Below the pieces are notes generated by a model. The model saw only the letters and a list, made by a program, of their open reading frames with translations, ran no database searches and had not been told where the DNA came from. This document shows, piece by piece, positions 1 through 9,061 of a DNA stretch of 50,676 nucleotides. The position numbers and the translations under genes were made by a program. Position 1 is the stretch's first letter. Every line of letters begins with the position of its first letter. Origin of the DNA: Candidatus Moraniibacteriota bacterium (GTDB lineage: Bacteria > Patescibacteriota > Minisyncoccia > CAIUEV01 > JAHKAQ01); the NCBI GenBank assembly GCA_014729725.1, contig WJJL01000008.1:1-50676 (forward strand), read 5' to 3'.

Positions 1-1126
1 TCGCCATCCCGTTGTCCTCCCCCGTACCTCCCAAATAGGTCGAAGCCAAGAGAGTATCCAAAGTAGAATTGAATTTGGAAACCACGATATCGTTGCCAAA
101 CGAAGCGCTGCTGTCGTTATAATCTATATCATAAGCCCCGGCACTGGCCGGATAATTGCTGCTTCGAGTATGCCCTACTACATAAACATTGCCGGCCCCG
201 TCCTGGGTAATATTAGGTCTGCCCACATAAGCTTCTCTGGCTCCAAAAAACTCAAACCGCTCCTCCTCGGCACCCCCTATCATTGTAGAAGCCACCAAGG
301 GATCGATAATCACCGGCTTGCTGTTATCATAGCTTTCCAGCTTGAATCCATAAGTATTGCCCTCTCTTAATTCATAACTTACCGGTACAAAATGCTTTTT
401 TCCCCCTTCGTATTGATAAGCCTGCGGATTCGTTAAAACCAGTTCTCTTTGTTGGGCGATTAATTTTAATTCACCGAATTTGGTTATTTCAAGCTTTTCA
501 ACTCCTTGTGGTTTAATATTAATACTTCCGCTATCACCTTGGGGGTTGATGATAAAAAGTTTTTCAATGTTTTTTTGTCGGGCCTTAAGTTTGACTTCTA
601 TGTTGGGATAAATCTCTCCTAAATCTATAAAATTATAGGCTTTGGCTGTTTTTTGTTCGTTATTTAAATAACCCAAAAAATAATTGATTTTAGCGGGCGA
701 AGGCTTTTCCCCTTGAGGATTAAGATTTATTGGGTTTTTTTCATTGTCAATAAATTTTTCTTTTATAGCCAGACCATTTATTTTTTGTTCTTCTGTTTCT
801 GTTTGAGTTTCTGTTTTTTCCTGGATGTCATAAGTTATATCATAAGGAGATATATAGACGGTTGCTTCTCCCAGTTGAGCGTAAAATCTAACCAATTCAT
901 TTTTTTGCCCGTTATTTTTTATAAAGGGCTGGGCATATCTTTGGTTATCTTGATAGAATTTATGAAGAAATTCCTGTTTTTCTTTTTTTTCTTGAGAGAT
1001 TTGGGGTTTAGCTTCTTTATCTTTATCTTTTTTAAAATAAGAATAATAAAAAAGCCCTATAATAGAAAATAAGGAAACTATAAAAAAACTGATAACTAAA
1101 AATTTTTTTATTTTTTTCTTTATCAT
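1..1126 (-). CDS. Membrane-anchored surface protein with SBBP-type beta-propeller repeats (3' end runs off the window; missed by ORF track)
   Basis: Partly translated by hand from ATG at 1126, which is in frame with the end of the window. N-terminal basic stretch and TM helix (MIKKKIKKFLVISFFIVSLFSIIGLFIILIL), then ...YGFKLESYDNSKPVIIDPLVASTMIGG...QDGAGNVYVVGHTRSSNYPASAGAYD...DIVVSKFNSTLDTLLASTYLGGTGED, typical of SBBP repeats. Confidence 0.8.
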   Translation of the reverse strand, partial: MIKKKIKKFLVISFFIVSLFSIIGLFYYSYFKKDKDKEAKPQISQEKKEKQEFLHKFYQDNQRYAQPFIKNNGQKNELVRFYAQLGEATVYISPYDITYDIQEKTETQTETEEQKINGLAIKEKFIDNEKNPINLNPQGEKPSPAKINYFLGYLNNEQKTAKAYNFIDLGEIYPNIEVKLKARQKNIEKLFIINPQGDSGSINIKPQGVEKLEITKFGELKLIAQQRELVLTNPQAYQYEGGKKHFVPVSYELREGNTYGFKLESYDNSKPVIIDPLVASTMIGGAEEERFEFFGAREAYVGRPNITQDGAGNVYVVGHTRSSNYPASAGAYDIDYNDSSASFGNDIVVSKFNSTLDTLLASTYLGGTGEDNGMA

Positions 1127-1333
1127 GAATATTTTTTTTTAATTTTAACTTAAATGGAACAATAACTCAATAGCTTTATGATTTCTTTATTGAAATAATA
1201 AAAGAAAAAAAGAAAGAGGGGGCTGGTTTTAAAAAGCCATTTTTATTGTTTTTTACTCATAAACTGACTATTGGAAATATTAATTAATTATGTAAAAATA
1301 ATTTGATGTTTTGATTTAGATTTGAAAAAATAA

Positions 1334-2221
1334 ATGTCAAAATCAACAGAAAAAATAAAAAAAGCGGTTCTTCCGGTAGCAGGCTATGGAACAAGATTTT
1401 TCCCCTTAACCAGGGCCCAACCCAAAGAAATGCTTCCAATTATGAACAAACCGGTAGTTCAATATATTGTCGAGGAATGTGTGGATTCTGGAATAGAGGA
1501 AATTATTTTCATTACGGGTCGGCATAAAAGAGCGATTGAAGACCATTTTGATTATCTTGAGGAGATCGAAGATGTTTTAGTTAAAAAAGGAATGTTTGAA
1601 GAGCTTCAAGAATTTGAAAATTTAAGAAAAAAGATTAATTTGATTTTCGTCCGTCAGGACAGGCAATTAGGAAATGGCCATGCTTTGATGTGCGCGGCTC
1701 ATTTATTAAAAGACGGGGAACCTTTTGTGTTTTGTAATGCCGATGATTTAATTGTTTCTAACTTTCCGGCAATTAAACAAATGATTAAAGAATATGAAAA
1801 AAATCAAATTGTTGAAGAATTGATTGCGGTTATGGAAATTAAACCGGAAAATCTCGGTAAATATGGAGTTGTAAAACCTATGTATAATATAGATAAAGAT
1901 AAAAAGATTTTTCAGGTGGAAAAAATTATTGAAAAACCTGAATTTAAGCAGGCTCCCAGTAATTTAGCCAACCCCGGCCGCTATATTTTGACCAAAGATA
2001 TTTTTAAGGCATTAAATGATACAAGCCGGGGACATGGTGGGGAAATTTGGATTTCCGACGCTTTTAATAAAATGGGAGAATTTAAGTCAATTTATGGCTG
2101 TATAGTTGAAGGAAAGAGATATGACTGTGGAGACAGGCTGGATTATTTAAAGGCCGTAATCGATTATGCCAAAAAAGATCCTGATATTAAAAAGCAATTT
2201 AACCGCTGGCTTAAAAAATGA
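1334..2221 (+). CDS. galU: UTP--glucose-1-phosphate uridylyltransferase (copy 1)
   Basis: KAVLPVAGYGTRFFPLT..PKEMLP, GRHKRAIEDHFD, EKP, RYDCG motifs. Confidence 0.9.
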   Translation: MSKSTEKIKKAVLPVAGYGTRFFPLTRAQPKEMLPIMNKPVVQYIVEECVDSGIEEIIFITGRHKRAIEDHFDYLEEIEDVLVKKGMFEELQEFENLRKKINLIFVRQDRQLGNGHALMCAAHLLKDGEPFVFCNADDLIVSNFPAIKQMIKEYEKNQIVEELIAVMEIKPENLGKYGVVKPMYNIDKDKKIFQVEKIIEKPEFKQAPSNLANPGRYILTKDIFKALNDTSRGHGGEIWISDAFNKMGEFKSIYGCIVEGKRYDCGDRLDYLKAVIDYAKKDPDIKKQFNRWLKK

Positions 2222-2402
2222 AAATTTTATCACATCGCCTTGTTTTTCAGAGGCTCCTTACCGAAATCATCCTATTTAGCAGCAGCTCCTTAAACTATTC
2301 AAAAAGTATTCAAATTTTCAATTGCAAAATTTTTTATAATAAGTTAGAAAGAAAGCATAAAGTAAAATTTTTCTAAAAAATTCTTTAAAATACAAATTTA
2401 TT

Positions 2403-3566
2403 ATGAATATTGTAATTTTAGCCGGCGGAAGCGGAACTCGGCTTTGGCCGATGAGCAGAACCAACAAATCAAAACAATTCAGTAAAATAATTGGTAATAA
2501 AACTCTTTTAGAAGTTACCCTTGACAGGTTTAAAAATAATTATCCCCAAAAAAATATCTATATTTCCACCATTCCTCAATACTGCCAGAATATAAAAGAA
2601 ATCCTACCCAACTTTCCATTGGAAAATATTATAGTGGAACCTGATAAAAGAGACACGGCAGCCGCTATGGGATATGTGGCTTCGGTTTTATATTTGAAAG
2701 AGCCTGATGAACCGATGATATTTGTAGCTTCGGATCACTATATTGGTAATGAAGATTTGTTTATTAACGCTTTAAAAGTGGCGGAAAAAGAGATAAGAAG
2801 AACTCGAAAGATGTTTGATATTGGAATTGTTCCGGATTATCCTTCTACGGCTTTGGGATACACTAAGATTGGGAAAAGGTTAAAAAAAGATAGTGATGTA
2901 AAAATTTATGAATTTTTAGGACACAAAGAAAAACCCACTTATGAAAAAGCCAAAGGATATGTTTCAAGCGGAGAATATCTTTGGCACGGCAATTTTTATA
3001 TGTGGACGCCAAGGCTTTTTTTAAAAGCCTTTAAAAAGTATGCCCCGGATATTTATATTCATTTAAAAAAAATAATCAAGCTTATAAGGCAGAACGGCAT
3101 AAAAACCTCTGACGGAAAAGGGATGGAGGTTATCCCTTGTCAAATGCCCATAAACTTTGATCAACTTCCGGCTTTTAAAAAAAAGATTTTTGAAACCTAT
3201 TCTCAAATCAGAAAAGAAATGATAGATTATGCGATAACCGAAAAAATGGATAATAGTGAAATAAGGATTATTAAGGGGGAGTTTTTTTGGAGCGATGTAG
3301 GAAACTGGAACGATTTGCACAAAAAATTGGTTACCTCCAAAGACTCCAAAGGTAATTTGGTGAAAGGCGACTGGGTGGGAATCGACACTACTCAAAGTAT
3401 AATTTATACTCACAAAAATAAATTAGTCGCAACCATTGGTTTGGATGATATTGTGATAGTAGATACACCGGATGCTTTATTGGTTTGTCCTAAAGGAAGA
3501 GCTCAGGATGTTAAACAGATTATCGATAAAATCAAACTAAACAAGAAAAGAGATAAATATTTATAA
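2403..3566 (+). CDS. manC: Mannose-1-phosphate guanylyltransferase
   Basis: ILAGGSGTRLWPMSR..K.KQF, EP..RDTA, SDH, EKP, WSDVGNW, C-terminal LVATIGLDDIVIVDTPDALLV. Confidence 0.9.
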   Translation: MNIVILAGGSGTRLWPMSRTNKSKQFSKIIGNKTLLEVTLDRFKNNYPQKNIYISTIPQYCQNIKEILPNFPLENIIVEPDKRDTAAAMGYVASVLYLKEPDEPMIFVASDHYIGNEDLFINALKVAEKEIRRTRKMFDIGIVPDYPSTALGYTKIGKRLKKDSDVKIYEFLGHKEKPTYEKAKGYVSSGEYLWHGNFYMWTPRLFLKAFKKYAPDIYIHLKKIIKLIRQNGIKTSDGKGMEVIPCQMPINFDQLPAFKKKIFETYSQIRKEMIDYAITEKMDNSEIRIIKGEFFWSDVGNWNDLHKKLVTSKDSKGNLVKGDWVGIDTTQSIIYTHKNKLVATIGLDDIVIVDTPDALLVCPKGRAQDVKQIIDKIKLNKKRDKYL

Positions 3567-3583
3567 CATTTGAGATTATCAAT

Positions 3584-3673
<90 letters not shown>

Positions 3674-3699
3674 AAAACTAAGAAATTTTTTCTCGTTTT

Positions 3700-4581
3700 G
3701 TGATTGAATTAAAGCTAATGAGATTTAAAAAACCCATATCAGTTTCTGTTATAATTGTTAACTATAAAAGCCAAGAATATCTTGAAAGGTTAATTTTTAA
3801 TTTTGTAAAAGATTTAATAAAATTAAACAAGGAGATTGAAATTATTGTTTTTGATAACTCTTTTCAACTAAAAAGCCTTGAATTAAAAAAAATAATTCAC
3901 TCCGCCGGACACGGAATTCCTTTTCGTTTTTTAAAAAGTAAAAAAAACATTGGTTTTGGCAGGGCCTGCAACATAGCTTCCAGGAAAAGCCAAGGAAAAT
4001 ATTTATTTTTTATAAATCCGGATTGTTTAGTAAAACCGGATCAAATCAAAAAATTACTTAAAGCTTTTAAATTCAATCCAAAAATAGGAATAATCGCTCC
4101 TTATTTAATTAATCCAAAAGGAAAAATTCAAAGATACGGTTTTGCTCAAAATCAGGATATTTGGGACAAGCTATTTGCCAAAGACAGAAATAAAGCCGAA
4201 AAAGCCGAATTTAAATTAAATAATAAAAATTTGAAAAAAGTTAAATGGGTTAGCGGAGCTTGCTTTTTAATTCCGAGGAAAATATTTTTTTTGGTTAAAG
4301 GCTTTGATGAAAATTTTTTTTTGTATTTTGAAGACAGAGATTTGAGTAAAAAAGTAAGAAATAAAGGGTATAAAACAGTTATATTTAAAAAGGTAAAAAT
4401 TATCCATTATGAAAGTAAAAGTAAAATAAGCTGGAGTAAAAGAAAGAAACATTATTATCAAAGCCAGGACTATTTTTTTCTAAAACATTACGGTAAAATA
4501 GCTTTGTGGATTATGAAATTTTTAAGACTGCCTATTTATATTAAAAATGTTTATTTATCAAAATTTAAAATTAAAACATAG
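3700..4581 (+). CDS. Glycosyltransferase family 2 (rhamnosyltransferase-like); start could be ATG 3718
   Basis: VSVIIVNY, DN, NIGFGRACN, FINPD, WVSGACFLI, GFDENFFLYFEDRD. Confidence 0.85.
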   Translation: MIELKLMRFKKPISVSVIIVNYKSQEYLERLIFNFVKDLIKLNKEIEIIVFDNSFQLKSLELKKIIHSAGHGIPFRFLKSKKNIGFGRACNIASRKSQGKYLFFINPDCLVKPDQIKKLLKAFKFNPKIGIIAPYLINPKGKIQRYGFAQNQDIWDKLFAKDRNKAEKAEFKLNNKNLKKVKWVSGACFLIPRKIFFLVKGFDENFFLYFEDRDLSKKVRNKGYKTVIFKKVKIIHYESKSKISWSKRKKHYYQSQDYFFLKHYGKIALWIMKFLRLPIYIKNVYLSKFKIKT

Positions 4582-6070
4582 AAGGGATTTTTTAATTTTT
4601 TTCTTAATTTTTGTTTTGGTCGGAATTATGATTGGATTGGAGCCATTGATTTCTTTAATATTTCTATCAGGGGCTATTTTGGCGGGATTAATATTTTTGT
4701 TTCCCAAATATTTTCTGTACTTTTTAGTATTTTGCCTGCCTTTTCTGCCTGCTCTTAATCTTGCTCCGGGATTTGACATAGCCGGTTCTCGGGTTTTAAT
4801 TATTTTGATTTTTGCGGCTTGGTTTATAAGGGGCTTGTTAAAAAAAGATTTAAAAATCAGCTTTGATTTTATTTCTATTTTTTTAATTGGATTTTTACTT
4901 TTTGTTTCTTTAACAATTTTGTATACTCCGATTTTTGAGCGTACCGGAAGAAAATTATTGGTTTTTTATTCAATTTTTCCTCTTTACTTTATTTATTTTG
5001 ATTATTTAAAAAAATATGGCGGAAAATTTTTAATAAAAACCTTAAAAATTTTAGGTTTATCCGGTTTTTTGGTAAGTTTTTTCGGGTTTTTTCAGTTTAT
5101 GCTTCAATTCATTGCAGGCAAAGAATTGATAATAAAGATTTACAGTAATTATTTGGGTGGTTTTTTATGGGGAGAAACTGCCGCTAAAAGCGTTTATGAA
5201 AATCCCAGCTGGCTTTTTGACGCAGGTTTCGCTGATTTATTAAGAGCCTTCTCCACCTTGCCGGATCCGCATATTTTTAGTTTTTTTCTAAGTTTTACAG
5301 CTCCGGCGCAAGGTTATTTGATATATCACTATTGGAGAAAAAACAAGAAGAAGGGGAATGAAACTTTTCCTTTATTGTTTTGGGCTGGTGCTTTTTTATT
5401 AAGCCTGATTAATGAATTTTTAACTTTCTCCAGAGGCGGATATGTGGGATTTTTTTTGGCGGTTTCTTGTTTGGTTTTTTTGCTAATTATTAAAAAGATT
5501 AAAAAAAATCCGGTTTCCTTTTTAAGGAAAAAACATAATAGACAAAATTTTTTCTACGGTTTTACAATTTTTGTGGGCTTAGCCTTGCTTTTTGGTTTGG
5601 GTTATTATTTTTTCCCTCAAAATCCTCTTTCCAAGAGAATAACTTCAATTTTTAACATTCAGGAAGGTTCTAATTTGGGGAGGTTAAAAATCTGGTCTCA
5701 AGCTTACAATTTATTTAAAGACAATTTTTATTTTGGGGTTGGATTGGGCGCTTATTCTTATGAAATCAAACCAAGCAAACATTATCGAGATCCGATTTAT
5801 GCTCACAATATTTATTTAGAGTTTTTGGCAGAGACAGGAATTATAGGGTTTTTATTATATTTTGGAGTTATTCTTTATGCTATTTTGTATCCACTAAAAT
5901 CTTTTTTATTTAAAAACAGCTCTGTATCCCTGGCTTTATTGACGGGATTAATTTGGTTTTTGATTCATGGTTTTTTTGAAATGCCTCTTTATTCCCCTGT
6001 AATTTTACCTTTATTTATGATAAATTTAGCAATGGTCAGTTATGAGAATTCAGCAGCTGGAAAATTATAA
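4547..6070 (+). CDS. O-antigen ligase (Wzy_C/WaaL-like) family polytopic membrane protein
   Basis: Many TM helices; TFSRGG, SNLGRLKIW, FGVGLG, AHNIYLEFLAETGIIG motifs. Confidence 0.85.
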   Translation: MFIYQNLKLKHRRDFLIFFLIFVLVGIMIGLEPLISLIFLSGAILAGLIFLFPKYFLYFLVFCLPFLPALNLAPGFDIAGSRVLIILIFAAWFIRGLLKKDLKISFDFISIFLIGFLLFVSLTILYTPIFERTGRKLLVFYSIFPLYFIYFDYLKKYGGKFLIKTLKILGLSGFLVSFFGFFQFMLQFIAGKELIIKIYSNYLGGFLWGETAAKSVYENPSWLFDAGFADLLRAFSTLPDPHIFSFFLSFTAPAQGYLIYHYWRKNKKKGNETFPLLFWAGAFLLSLINEFLTFSRGGYVGFFLAVSCLVFLLIIKKIKKNPVSFLRKKHNRQNFFYGFTIFVGLALLFGLGYYFFPQNPLSKRITSIFNIQEGSNLGRLKIWSQAYNLFKDNFYFGVGLGAYSYEIKPSKHYRDPIYAHNIYLEFLAETGIIGFLLYFGVILYAILYPLKSFLFKNSSVSLALLTGLIWFLIHGFFEMPLYSPVILPLFMINLAMVSYENSAAGKL

Positions 6071-6158
6071 AGGGTTTTTTAAAAAATGTTTAAAACATAA
6101 GTTACTGTCTTAGCTTTAATCTTTAATTTTTAATTTCGTAATTCAAAATAATTTAGGT

Positions 6159-7361
6159 ATGAATAAAACATTGCAGGATCAACAAAAAAAATTGCCTAAA
6201 ACTCCCGGGGTTTACTTTTTTTTAGATAAAAAAAAGACCATTATTTATATTGGGAAAGCTTCGGTTTTAAGAACCAGAACCGCTGCTTATTTTAGAGATG
6301 ACTTAGATTTGAAAACAGCTCAATTAATGAAAAATGCGCGGGATATAAAATATGTTAAAAGCCAGACCGCTTTAGAGGCTATGTTTTTGGAAGCTCGGCT
6401 TATTAAAAAACATCAACCTCAATATAATATTAAGCAAAAGGATGATAAATCCAACACTTATTTGATAATTACCAATGAAGAAATTCCCAGGATTGAAATA
6501 ACCAGACCCACCGCTCTTCATAATTTCAAAATCAAAGAAAGCTTTGGTCCCTTCCAAAGTAAAAAAGAGCTGGAACAGGCTTTAAGAATTCTTAGAAAGA
6601 TTTTTCCTTATCACAGCGAAAAGAATTTTAAAAAACCCTGCTTTCATTTTCAGATAGGGCTGTGCCCCGGTCCCTGCGCCGGAGCTATCAGTAAAAAAGA
6701 TTATTTAAAAAATATCAGGAATTTATCAACTATTTTTAAAGGGGGTAAAAAAAGAATCATTAACAGGCTGGAAAAAAGGATGCGGATTTTAAGCAAAAAT
6801 AAAAATTATGAAAAGGCCGCAGTTTTACGAGACACTATTGCTGCCTTAAACAATCATAGGGATATTCAAATTTCTCAAAAAGACTCCATTAATTGGAAAG
6901 TTGTCAGCGATATTCCGAAAAGGCTGGAAGCTTATGATATTTCCAACATTTCCGGAAAATTCGCAACCGGCTCTATGGTGGTTTTTAATTTTGGCAGACC
7001 GGATAAAACCGAATATCGAAAATTTAAAATAAAAACTTTGGATAAACCCAACGATACCGCCATGTTAAAAGAGGTTTTAAAAAGAAGGTTTAACAACGCC
7101 TGGGAAAGACCCTCGGTGATTTTTATTGATGGAGGCCTCGCACAGATCAGAGCCGCCAGTGAAGTTTTAAGATCCCTTAATTTAAGAATCCCTTTGATTT
7201 CAGTAGCTAAAGGGGCTTACAGAAAGGGATTTAGGGTTTTTAAAAGTCATAAAAATTTAAATGTAAACGCAGAGCTGTTAAAAGAAGCTTCACAAGAAGC
7301 ACATAGATTTGCTATAAATTATCACAGAAATCTTAGAGATAAAAATTTTTTGGCTTTTTAA
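6159..7361 (+). CDS. uvrC: Excinuclease ABC subunit C, compact form lacking the C-terminal HhH domain
   Basis: GIY-YIG (PGVYFF...IYIGKA), LEARLIKKHQPQYN..KDDK, Cys cluster, UVR motif (YEKAAVLRD), RNase H-like domain (EAYDISN, IDGG, HRFAI.YHR). Confidence 0.85.
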   Translation: MNKTLQDQQKKLPKTPGVYFFLDKKKTIIYIGKASVLRTRTAAYFRDDLDLKTAQLMKNARDIKYVKSQTALEAMFLEARLIKKHQPQYNIKQKDDKSNTYLIITNEEIPRIEITRPTALHNFKIKESFGPFQSKKELEQALRILRKIFPYHSEKNFKKPCFHFQIGLCPGPCAGAISKKDYLKNIRNLSTIFKGGKKRIINRLEKRMRILSKNKNYEKAAVLRDTIAALNNHRDIQISQKDSINWKVVSDIPKRLEAYDISNISGKFATGSMVVFNFGRPDKTEYRKFKIKTLDKPNDTAMLKEVLKRRFNNAWERPSVIFIDGGLAQIRAASEVLRSLNLRIPLISVAKGAYRKGFRVFKSHKNLNVNAELLKEASQEAHRFAINYHRNLRDKNFLAF

Positions 7362-7395
7362 TTTTGCAATCCAAAATAATTTATAAATTTTAAAT

Positions 7396-8460
7396 ATGGC
7401 AAAAATAATTTATGCTGTCCAAGGCGAAGGCAGAGGACATAGTTCCAGAAGTAAAATAATAATAGAAGGTCTTTTGCAAAAAGGGCATAAGATAAAAATT
7501 ATAAGTTCCAATAAAGGCTACGCTTATTTGAGTAAATTTTTTGATAATGTTGAAAAAATTATGGGCCTTGGTTTTGTTTATGAAAAAGAAAAAGTGGATA
7601 TATTAAAAACTTTGCAGAAAAATTTAAATCTGGGAATTTTAAAGGGACATAAATCCTTGAATTTAATTAACAAACTTTTCAGCGAATTTAAACCTGATCT
7701 GGTTATTTCCGATTTTGAACCTTTTGTGCCTTTTATCGCCAACTTAAGGGGTGTTCCAATCATTAGCGTAACTCATCAACATTTAATATCTCATTGCAAG
7801 ATTGATTATTTGCATTCCTGGAAAGACGAATACTTTTATGCTGATGCAGTAACCAATAATATGTATTGGTTTGTTAAACATTATTTTGTCACTTCTTTTT
7901 ATTTTCCGGAAATAAAAAAAGATTATAAGAAAAAGCTAAGCTTGACAGGGCCGATTTTGCGAAAAGAGGTTTTTGAACAAAAGGTAAAAGTCAAAGATCA
8001 TATTTTAGTATATGTTACCAGTGAAAATATGTCTTCAATTTTGGATATAATAAAAGGATTAGATTTTAAATTTATCATTTACGGCTTCGAAGGTAAAAAA
8101 AATTGCGAAAATTTAATTTTTAAAAAACCCAGCACCAAAGGATTTTTAAAAGATCTCGCTCAATGCAAAGCAGTCATAACCAACGGGGGATATTCTCTAA
8201 TCAGTGAAGCCCTATATTACGGAAAACCAATTTATTCCATTCCTATTGGTAATCAATTTGAACAGATGCTAAATGCTTATTATTTGGAGAGGATGGGCTT
8301 GGGAATTTATGATTTTCATCCGGGTAAACAAAGATTAAAATCCCTTATACAAGGATTGGATTATTTCAGGTACAATATTTCCCGACAAAGGCAAAGAATA
8401 TTTGAAAATAAAAATTTTCTAGAGCTATTGGGTGAAAAAATCAATCAATTCACAAAATAA
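7396..8460 (+). CDS. GT-B glycosyltransferase, MJ1255/GT28-like
   Basis: IIYAVQGEGRGHSSR, PDLVISDFEP, GPILR, NGGYSLISEALYYGKP..SIP..QFEQ. Confidence 0.8.
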   Translation: MAKIIYAVQGEGRGHSSRSKIIIEGLLQKGHKIKIISSNKGYAYLSKFFDNVEKIMGLGFVYEKEKVDILKTLQKNLNLGILKGHKSLNLINKLFSEFKPDLVISDFEPFVPFIANLRGVPIISVTHQHLISHCKIDYLHSWKDEYFYADAVTNNMYWFVKHYFVTSFYFPEIKKDYKKKLSLTGPILRKEVFEQKVKVKDHILVYVTSENMSSILDIIKGLDFKFIIYGFEGKKNCENLIFKKPSTKGFLKDLAQCKAVITNGGYSLISEALYYGKPIYSIPIGNQFEQMLNAYYLERMGLGIYDFHPGKQRLKSLIQGLDYFRYNISRQRQRIFENKNFLELLGEKINQFTK

Positions 8461-8485
8461 AAGCGGTTAATGCCGCTTTTATTTT
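8454..8485. terminator. Bidirectional intrinsic terminator between convergent GT and groES genes
   Basis: AAAATAAAAGCGG-ttaatg-CCGCTTTTATTTT, perfect 13-bp inverted repeat. Confidence 0.8.
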
Positions 8486-8504
8486 TTCAAATTTTACTCG
8501 TCGA

Positions 8505-8798
8505 TTATTCAATTACAGCCAAAATATCTTCATTTTTTAAAATCAAATGTTCTTTTTTTCCGATGTTTATTTCGGTTCCGCTATATTTAGCAAAAATTAT
8601 TTTATCGCCTTTTTTAACTTCAGGTTTAATTTTAACTCCGTCGTCGAATTTCCCCGGACCTACAGCTACAACTATTCCTTCTTGAGGCTTGTCTTCGCTG
8701 GCGGTATCCGGAAGCACAATACCTGATTCTGTCACTTTATCTTCTTGTTTGAGTTCCACTAAAATGTTGTCTCCCAAAGGTTTAATTTTGTTTGCCAT
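8505..8798 (-). CDS. groES: Co-chaperonin GroES
   Basis: IKPLGDNILV, TESGIVLPDTA, GIVVAVGPG, VKKGDKIIFAKYSGTE. Confidence 0.97.
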   Translation of the reverse strand: MANKIKPLGDNILVELKQEDKVTESGIVLPDTASEDKPQEGIVVAVGPGKFDDGVKIKPEVKKGDKIIFAKYSGTEINIGKKEHLILKNEDILAVIE

Positions 8799-8875
8799 CT
8801 TTTTTTAAGATTAATGATTAATAGAAATGCTATTTAATTTAGATTAATTTCTTAAAGTTAATTAATTCTAAAAAA

Positions 8876-8905
8876 AGATTAGCAAATTAAATTGGCACTC
8901 GTCAA
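8876..8905 (-). promoter_or_regulatory. Putative sigma70 promoter of groES
   Basis: Minus strand TTGACG-N18-TAATCT with extended -10 TG; the -35 lies inside the CIRCE. Confidence 0.5.
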
Positions 8906-8918
8906 GTGGGAGTGCTAA
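8892..8918. promoter_or_regulatory. CIRCE element (HrcA operator)
   Basis: TTGGCACTC-N9-GAGTGCTAA, one mismatch to consensus TTAGCACTC-N9-GAGTGCTAA, upstream of groES. Confidence 0.9.
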
Positions 8919-9061
8919 TATGGTTTTAAGAAGGCTATTTTTATGGTATTTTTTTGAAAAATTAGCTAAACTAAATTTAAATGAAATCTATTTTATCTTG
9001 TTGTAAGGGGATTAAGTTCAAGATAATCTTGATTAACAAACAGTAATTAAACAAAATCTAT

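Noticed and set aside
170-1072. Plus-strand ORFs 170-370 and 713-1072
   Set aside because: They are antisense shadows of the minus-strand SBBP-repeat gene.
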